Of a stretch of DNA of 33,764 nucleotides, positions 18,601 to 23,427 are shown piece by piece. The stretch is from Planctomycetota bacterium (GTDB taxonomy: Bacteria > Planctomycetota > UBA11346). Within the stretch, counting starts at the first letter, position 1, and the number at the start of each line of letters is the position of its first letter. The translations under genes and the position numbers were made by a program. The stretch is taken from positions 1 through 33,764 of the forward strand of contig JANMYZ010000162.1 of NCBI GenBank assembly GCA_031382605.1, read 5' to 3'. Under the pieces are notes generated by a model. It saw only the letters and a program-made list of their open reading frames with translations, ran no database searches and was not told the DNA's origin.

Positions 18601-21261
18601 TGTCGTTGCCGCGTCGATTGGCGGTGGCTCTACCCAGTAGCGGCTACGCTCAAACGGATAGGTCGGCAACGGCGTGCGCGCTGGGCGTGCGGGATGGAAC
18701 TTCGCCCAAGCGAGCGGGACACCGGCGAGCCACAAGCGCCCGGCGGCATCGGCTAGCTCAGCCGCGTCGCCTGGTGATTCGGTTTCGCCCGTGGTGGGCA
18801 AGGTCGCTACCACGGAACGTCGATCACTGGTGGGCAGACATTGACGCGCCAAACCAGCAAGCGTGCGACCAGGACCGACTTCGAGCAGTGCCAGGCGTTG
18901 ATCAGCGGTGATGGTCGCAACACCCGCAGCGAAGCGCACGGCTTCGCGCACGTGGCGTACCCAATACTGCGGATCGGTCGCCTGTGCCGTCGTGATCCAG
19001 GTGCCGGTTACGCCAGAGATGAACGGAATGGTCGGAGCGCTGAACTGAACATCACGTAGATGCTCGGCAAATGCTGGCAGCATGCCGTCCATCATTGCCG
19101 AGTGGAAGGCATGCGAGGTGGTCAGGTGGCGTGCGGCGATTCCGCGTCCGACGAGATCACTTTCAAAGGCGGCGATGGCCTCCGCTCCGCCTGCGATCAC
19201 GCAGGACGCGGGGCCGTTGCTGGCGGCGAGCGAGAGTGGTTTGCCGGCGATCAGTGGGAGCAGTTCCGCTTCGCCAAGTCGCACCGCCAACATTGCGCCG
19301 CCGGGCAGGGCCTGCACCAGTTTGCCACGCACCGCCACGGCACGCATGGCGGTGGCAAGGGGCATGACGCCAGCAAGGCAGGCAGCGACGTATTCGCCGA
19401 CGCTGTGGCCGATCATCGCGGCTGGAGTCACACCCCGTGCGAGCCACACCTGCGCCAGCGCATACGACGTGGCGAACAAGGCTGGCTGGGTGTATCGCGT
19501 CTGGATGAGATCGCTGGCGCGGGCGGGATCGAACAGCACGGCGCGCAGGTCTGGACATTCGTTGGCCACGGCAGCCAAACACTCATCCAGGGCAGCGCGG
19601 AATCGTGGCTCGTCGCGATAAAGTCCGGCAGTCATGCCGGCACGTTGCGCACCTTGGCCTGGGAAAAGGAAGGCCACTGGTGTGTCGTCAGCAGCACATT
19701 CTGCGGTCGGTACGGTGGTCCCATCACGCAGCCGTGCGCTGGCGCCAGCGGCATCGCGCGCCACCACCATCGCGCGGTGAGCGAACGTGCGGCGACCGGT
19801 CTGGAGCGTCCACGCCACATCGGCCAACGGGATGGTTGGAACGCTGTCGAGATGTTTGGCGAGTCGTTCTCGCATCGCTGCCAGTGCGGCGGGCGTACGC
19901 GCTGACAACACCAATACCTGCGGCGTATTGCTGGCGACAGGCGCCGTGGTCGGCGGTTGTTCGATGATCACGTGGGCGTTGGTGCCGCCGACGCCGAAGG
20001 AACTGACACCAGCGCGACGAGGTCCGCTGATCGCGGGCCACGGCGAACGCGTGGCGTTCACGCGGAAGGGCGTCTTGGTGAAATCGATCTTGGGATTGGG
20101 ACGACGGAAATGCAGGCTGGCCGGAATGACGCCGTGTTGGACGGCAAGCGCAGCTTTGATCAGTCCCGTGACGCCGGAAGCGACTTCTAGATGACCGAGG
20201 TTGGTCTTCACCGAACCAATGGCGCAATAATTCGTGGCTTCGGTAGTGGCACGGAAGGCCCGCGTCAACGCTTCGACTTCGATCGGATCACCGAGCGGCG
20301 TCGCGGTGCCGTGGGCCTCGACATAGCCAATGCTGTCAGCGGTAATGCCAGCAAGAGAGTGGGCGAGCGCGATGACCTCGGCCTGACGTTCAACGCTTGG
20401 CGCCATGTAACCAACTTTTTGCGCGCCATCGTTGTTGAGCGCCGCACTGCGGATCACAGCGACGATCCGATCACCATCCGCGAGGGCATCTTCCAAACGT
20501 TTGAGCGTTACCAACGCGACGCCGCTGCCGAACACCGTGCCCTGTGCGTCAGCATCGAAGGCGCGGCAGTGGCCATCGCCGGAAACCATGCCGCCTTCCA
20601 TGAAGTGGTAGCCGCGTTCCTGCGGGAAGGTGATCGACACGCCACCGGCCAAGGCCACGTCGCATTGGTAGGACAGCAGCGACTGGACCGCTTGCGTAAC
20701 CGCCACCAGCGACGTCGAGCACGCGGTCTGGAGCGTCATGCTGGGACCACTGAGGCCAAGTTTATAGCTGATGCGGGTGGTGAGGTAATCTTTGTCGTTA
20801 CCGAGCACCGTTGGGTAACTGCCAACCTGATAGTCGCAGGTCAGACGTTCGAGGAACGAACGATCACTGCTGAGATTGGCCAGCAAATACGTCGGGAAAC
20901 TCTGGCCGGCGTAAACCCCGATCGCGCCTGTGTATTGCCTGGGATCGCAACCCGCGTCTTCCAAGGCTTCCCAGGCACATTCCAGCAGTAAGCGATGCTG
21001 GGGGTCCATGAGTTCCGCTTCACGCGGCGTGATGCCGAAAAAGCCAGCGTCGAAGAGATCGGCTCCGGCGAGGACGCCGCGGGCGTTCACTTGCTCAGCA
21101 TCACCTGGATTGCGCACCTGATCCTGGGCGAATCGTGTTATGGACTCGATCCCAGCCAGAAGATTGGTCCACAATTCAGCAACCGAAGTCGCCCCAGGAA
21201 AGCGACCAGCCATGCCAATGATTGCCACTGCGGGGGCACTTATCTGTTCATTCATGTTCAT
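12667..21261 (-). CDS. hybrid type I PKS-NRPS megasynthase: KS-AT-ACP-aminotransferase-C-A-T-TE
   Basis: 2864 aa.
- KS, ~19957-21234: TACSTS Cys181, EAHGTATPLGD His316, KTNLGH His357.
- AT, ~18727-19680: GHSVGE Ser620, with HAFH 717-720 indicating a malonyl type.
- ACP, ~18292-18528: LGFDSL Ser949.
- Class-III PLP aminotransferase, ~16702-18039: CNTGSEAVMAAMRLAR, IMDEVITGFR, TYGKVIGGG Lys1358.
- C, ~15247-16569: HHLVCDGWS.
- A, ~13717-15189: LLFTSGSTGRPKGV, NGYGPTETT, YRTGDIGR, KIRGFRIELGDIE, PNGKIDR.
- T, ~13462-13665: FFALGGHSLL.
- TE, ~12727-13404: GGHCYG with the Cys2686 codon at 13204-13206, plus SPGDHVTF. Confidence 0.95.
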   Translation of the reverse strand: MNMNEQISAPAVAIIGMAGRFPGATSVAELWTNLLAGIESITRFAQDQVRNPGDAEQVNARGVLAGADLFDAGFFGITPREAELMDPQHRLLLECAWEALEDAGCDPRQYTGAIGVYAGQSFPTYLLANLSSDRSFLERLTCDYQVGSYPTVLGNDKDYLTTRISYKLGLSGPSMTLQTACSTSLVAVTQAVQSLLSYQCDVALAGGVSITFPQERGYHFMEGGMVSGDGHCRAFDADAQGTVFGSGVALVTLKRLEDALADGDRIVAVIRSAALNNDGAQKVGYMAPSVERQAEVIALAHSLAGITADSIGYVEAHGTATPLGDPIEVEALTRAFRATTEATNYCAIGSVKTNLGHLEVASGVTGLIKAALAVQHGVIPASLHFRRPNPKIDFTKTPFRVNATRSPWPAISGPRRAGVSSFGVGGTNAHVIIEQPPTTAPVASNTPQVLVLSARTPAALAAMRERLAKHLDSVPTIPLADVAWTLQTGRRTFAHRAMVVARDAAGASARLRDGTTVPTAECAADDTPVAFLFPGQGAQRAGMTAGLYRDEPRFRAALDECLAAVANECPDLRAVLFDPARASDLIQTRYTQPALFATSYALAQVWLARGVTPAAMIGHSVGEYVAACLAGVMPLATAMRAVAVRGKLVQALPGGAMLAVRLGEAELLPLIAGKPLSLAASNGPASCVIAGGAEAIAAFESDLVGRGIAARHLTTSHAFHSAMMDGMLPAFAEHLRDVQFSAPTIPFISGVTGTWITTAQATDPQYWVRHVREAVRFAAGVATITADQRLALLEVGPGRTLAGLARQCLPTSDRRSVVATLPTTGETESPGDAAELADAAGRLWLAGVPLAWAKFHPARPARTPLPTYPFERSRYWVEPPPIDAATTTADLTANQATTAAATVTAAPATSGDRHTALIELLRQLVSEQSGADHRATDTAISFIELGFDSLFLTQFALALQQRFKIKISFRHLLDELGTVARLAEYVEHHAAPALLPTVGVSAADAPAATTGNPMLDQMQRQLAELSKQMAQLSGGTAGMAAAPSAAEASAAQPAAPGEFKAFGPYKPITRGPTGGLTEHQQRWLDAFIVRYTAKTKESKRQAQHHREYLADPRVVAGFRQQWKEMVYPLVAVRSKGARLWDVDGNEYIDILNGFGSSLFGHSPDFVNDAVTKQLSAGIEVGPQTPLAGEVAKLVSEFTGLERATFCNTGSEAVMAAMRLARTVTGRSTIVSFLGDYHGTFDEVLVRPNHRGNDLRSAPIAPGIPQGKVDNIIILEYGSQQALEIIRARADDLAAVLIEPVQSRHPDLQPKEFLHEVRRITAASGTAMIMDEVITGFRVHPRGAQGVFGVKADLATYGKVIGGGHPIGILAGTNRFMDALDGGQWRFGDDSFPEIGVTFFAGTFVRHPLAMAAAKACLVHLKEQGPALQEALNRRTTRLVDALNGLFKKYGVPSFVQRFGSVFYFAFAPKHRMLSLLHYLLRLRGIHIWEGFPCFLTTAHGDAEIDLFIRAVEGSLQELTDGGFLPASGTTPDPAQEKTSPESVPAVVAIVAAQPSPSDDTSSIVMPLAEQLPLTEVQRELWVASQLSPEASVAFNDGVLLHLDGPLDHARLRLALQQVVDRHPALRSRFDADGECQRFVAQVAVDLPLVDLASGDNQQRLEQHRAALTATPFDLTCAPLLRASLVRLGSERHVLILITHHLVCDGWSFAVVINELGQCYSALVTGLPLNLPAAVPYHAYAAWQSARRDGPEGRVSLDHWRSLFRESPPDLDLPLDHPRRPSRTFAGATERLLVDATAYRRMQQVCGRSGATVFAGMLAAFTALMSRLSHQDDLVIGIPSAGQLLMGVDRLAGHCVHFLPLRLSMTANTPFATALRSVRDAVLDAQEHPDITYGRLLESLTLPRDPARPPLLSALFNFDRAGFKDLGLSGLRSTVELNAKAGVVFDIDFNLMETDQGLTLCCHYNRDLFEPSTIRRWLGHFLTLADDAARDPTRMIGDLELLSAPERTQILETWNATAREYPKDRAVHDLIAQQAAATPEAIAVVAGEERLTYRALDQLSTRLAAQLVARGASRTAPVAICLPRTTALPIAVLAVLKAGACYVPLDSRYPDHRITQILEDARPALVITQTTEWAPFSRHETTTVLMDSGWEQRLPDGEAPRVTVVPEDLAYLLFTSGSTGRPKGVQVPHRAVVNLLSSMRERPGITARDTLLAITTLSFDIHVAELLLPLSVGARIVLAEREAAADPRRLIELLDSSRATIFQATPVTMRMLLEAGWKGDGRIRLWCGGEAIPRDLADALLARAGELWNGYGPTETTVYSSLDRVERGTSAVLMGTPVANTRLHLLDQRLRPVPIGVPGELYIGGDGLAHGYVGLPEQTTARFIPDPFAQGGSRQLYRTGDIGRYHTDGRIEYLGRSDHQVKIRGFRIELGDIEVALASHPAISQRVVVALRTAGQADANLIAYVALHRGTEASAADLRRHLRGLLPIYMVPSAIIILGELPLTPNGKIDRKALPAPVPAQTTQATPTVPPRAGTEEQIAEQWRALFPGVAINTTDDFFALGGHSLLAMKLALRLEASFGRKVPLTTIFAHPTIAELAQELAGGNPEKLPSDTLLQPLQTVGTRTPFFFIGGFLDIARHVGPDQPFYGLDCPEHTKGDETFASIAKRCITAMKRIQPRGPYLLGGHCYGAVVAFSIAVRLQQAGEEVALLALMEPPDPPQCAIKPRWRDRVWFHLRQLTKQGPLGLVSYSWARLRNMSNHMAGSLLNGGDDDLYRDFEPSHFQGQVTLLLAKDSYLAVTPERDPRLMWRQWSTDGVVIHESPGDHVTFCREPGVRILGGLLRRCLDQGTTKPSQDPSLTLAKATP

Positions 21262-21312
21262 TTATTTCCGCTATTTGCTCATTTGTGGCGCGAGCTGCTG
21301 ATGTGGCGCGAG

Positions 21313-23238
21313 CTACCGAAGCCCTGGTTTGAACTGATTAGCGCGAGAACGCAATTGCTGTTGCTGACGAAGCAGAGCGTTTCGTTGCTGTATTCCACGT
21401 ACGGTGGCGCTTGCCGCGACCACCGACGCGGTGTCTGAGGCTAGGTTTTCGGCCAGGGATCGCACGGTGGGATGTTCGAACAGCAGGGTGATGGTCAACT
21501 CGCGACCCAACTCCCGACCGAGGCGTTCGTGTACCTGGGTCAGCAGCAATGACGTGCCACCCAGATCAAAGAAGTTGTCGTCGCGGCCGATCTCTGATTG
21601 CCGCAAAATCTCGCACCAAACCGCCACCAGACGACGTTCTAGATCGGTGGTCGGCGCTTGATAGGCAGCCGCCAATTGGGTGCGGTCAATGGCCACTGCC
21701 GGCAGCGCCCGGCGGTCCACCTTGCCGCTGGGAGTCAACGGCAGGCGCTCAAGTACCGCCACCGCAGAGGGCACCTGATAGTCCGCTAACGTCGCGGCGC
21801 ACCATGCGCGTAGGATGGCTGGAGTCGGATGAGCGCCTGGACGTGCCACGACGTAACCGATCAGACGGAGATCACCCGGAGCAAACTCGCGAGCGACTAC
21901 GGCGGCTTCGGCTACGGCCTCATGCCGGGCGAGAACGGCTTCGATTTCTCCAGGTTCAATGCGGAAACCACGGATCTTCACCTGATCGTCAGCACGACCA
22001 AGAAATTCGAGGTCACCGTTGGTATTGAGACGCGCAAGATCACCGGTGCGGTAGAGGCGTTCATCGACACCAGCGGGCGCAGCCGTGACAAAACGCTCTG
22101 CCGTCAAATCGTCACGTCCCAGGTAACCCTGCGCTAAGACCGGGCCGCCCACATACAGTTCGCCCGGCTCACCCTCAGCGACTGGGCGTTGATCGGCATC
22201 CAGTAGGTGGACGCGTGCGCCGGTGATCGGTTTTCCAATCGGCGGCAATTCAGGCCACAGAACGGAATCGCCGCTGAGGTCATGGCTGGTAACCACATGC
22301 GTTTCGCTCGGTCCATATTGGTTAACAAGCGTGCAGCCGGGAAGGCGCGCGAACCACGCACGCAACGCCGGAGTAATACGTAGGGTCTCGCCGGCGGTGA
22401 TGATTTCGCGCAGTGACCACGACAGCCCTGGTGCTTGAAATGCGCTCTCTGCCAATTGCTGCAAGGCGACGAACGGAAGGTAGAGTCGTTCGACCCGTTC
22501 CTGTGAAAGGAAACGCAACAACGCCGATGGGTCCCGCCGCAGGCGCTCGTTGATCAGCACCAGACAGCCGCCGGTAGTCCACGTGGCGAACAGTTCCTGA
22601 AAAGACACATCGAAACTGAGCGAAGCGAATTGCAGCGTCCGTCCTCCGGACTGCATGGGCGAAACACGGTTTTGCCACGCGATCAGATGAGCGAGTGGCC
22701 CATGCGGCATGGCGATGCCTTTGGGCCGGCCAGTCGAACCACTGGTGAAAATCACGTATGCTAGGTCTTCTGCAGAGGGTGCCTTTAGGGAAGACCACGG
22801 GACCGCATGCGAATGGTCATCATCGATAAAAATCTCGATAACGCCGAGTGCGCTTAACGAACCATGAAGTGCACGTTGCGTCAGTAAGACGCGCGCGCCG
22901 CAAGACTCCAACATGTAGGCACGGCGATCCTGTGGGTACGTTGGATCGATGGGGACATAAGCACCACCAGCCAGCAGCACGGCCAGCACGGCAATGACCG
23001 ATTCCGGGCTGCGCTCCGCGTGCAAGGCCACTCGCGCATTTCGCGTAATTCCGTGGTGATGCAAAATAGCAGCCAACTGCTCGGCACGCTGGTAGAGTGT
23101 GCGGTAAGTGATTTCCCCACCAACTCCAGCGAGCGCCGGCAGGTCAGCAAACGTTTCTACGCGAAGACGTACGTCCACAATCACGACGGCATCGGCCTCG
23201 GTTGTTTCAGGGGGCATGGTGCACGAGGGGTAGAACAA
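21313..23238 (-). CDS. stand-alone NRPS loading didomain, A-T
   Basis: 641 aa. The A-domain cores are AYVIFTSGSTGRPKGI, FDVSFQE, NQYGPSETHV, YRTGDLAR, KIRGFRIEPGEIE and PSGKVDR. The carrier domain is FFDLGGTSLLL, with the Ser codon at 21550-21552. The start could instead be Met8 (23217). Confidence 0.9.
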   Translation of the reverse strand: MFYPSCTMPPETTEADAVVIVDVRLRVETFADLPALAGVGGEITYRTLYQRAEQLAAILHHHGITRNARVALHAERSPESVIAVLAVLLAGGAYVPIDPTYPQDRRAYMLESCGARVLLTQRALHGSLSALGVIEIFIDDDHSHAVPWSSLKAPSAEDLAYVIFTSGSTGRPKGIAMPHGPLAHLIAWQNRVSPMQSGGRTLQFASLSFDVSFQELFATWTTGGCLVLINERLRRDPSALLRFLSQERVERLYLPFVALQQLAESAFQAPGLSWSLREIITAGETLRITPALRAWFARLPGCTLVNQYGPSETHVVTSHDLSGDSVLWPELPPIGKPITGARVHLLDADQRPVAEGEPGELYVGGPVLAQGYLGRDDLTAERFVTAAPAGVDERLYRTGDLARLNTNGDLEFLGRADDQVKIRGFRIEPGEIEAVLARHEAVAEAAVVAREFAPGDLRLIGYVVARPGAHPTPAILRAWCAATLADYQVPSAVAVLERLPLTPSGKVDRRALPAVAIDRTQLAAAYQAPTTDLERRLVAVWCEILRQSEIGRDDNFFDLGGTSLLLTQVHERLGRELGRELTITLLFEHPTVRSLAENLASDTASVVAASATVRGIQQRNALLRQQQQLRSRANQFKPGLR

Positions 23239-23416
23239 TCATTGGTGGAACCACGGTCGAAACGGCCTGGATATCGATAATCAGTGATGCGGTGCTGGTG
23301 GTGATGGTGGCCGACAAGTTCGTCGCCGTCACCGAAAACGTCGTGCTGAGTGTCCCAGTCGGAGGTGTACCGCCAACCAAACCAGTAGGCGCATTCGAAG
23401 TTAGCCAAGAAGGCAA
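23207..23416 (-). pseudogene. relic of a He_PIG (putative Ig) repeat, out of frame with and downstream of the beta-helix gene
   Basis: The translation (L)PSWLTSNAPTGLVGGTPPTGTLSTTFSVTATNLSATITT matches the repeat GLPSWLTFTANTGLITGTPPSVGAFSFTVTATNSVGADTQS in the protein encoded at 23428..26304. The track's initial M is really a TTG (Leu) codon. There is no signal peptide or independent start context, and the 3' end overlaps the NRPS loader start. Confidence 0.55.
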
Positions 23417-23427
23417 CCGCCAAATTT

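Noticed and set aside
12790-21438. Many long plus-strand ORFs opposite the megasynthase, e.g. 15325..16197, 19060..19905, 20191..20991 and 17947..18429, together with same-strand off-frame ORFs such as 13766..14344.
   Set aside because: These are typical GC-rich shadow ORFs. Their products are Arg/Gly/His-rich with no motifs, while the minus-strand frame carries a continuous set of PKS/NRPS core motifs.
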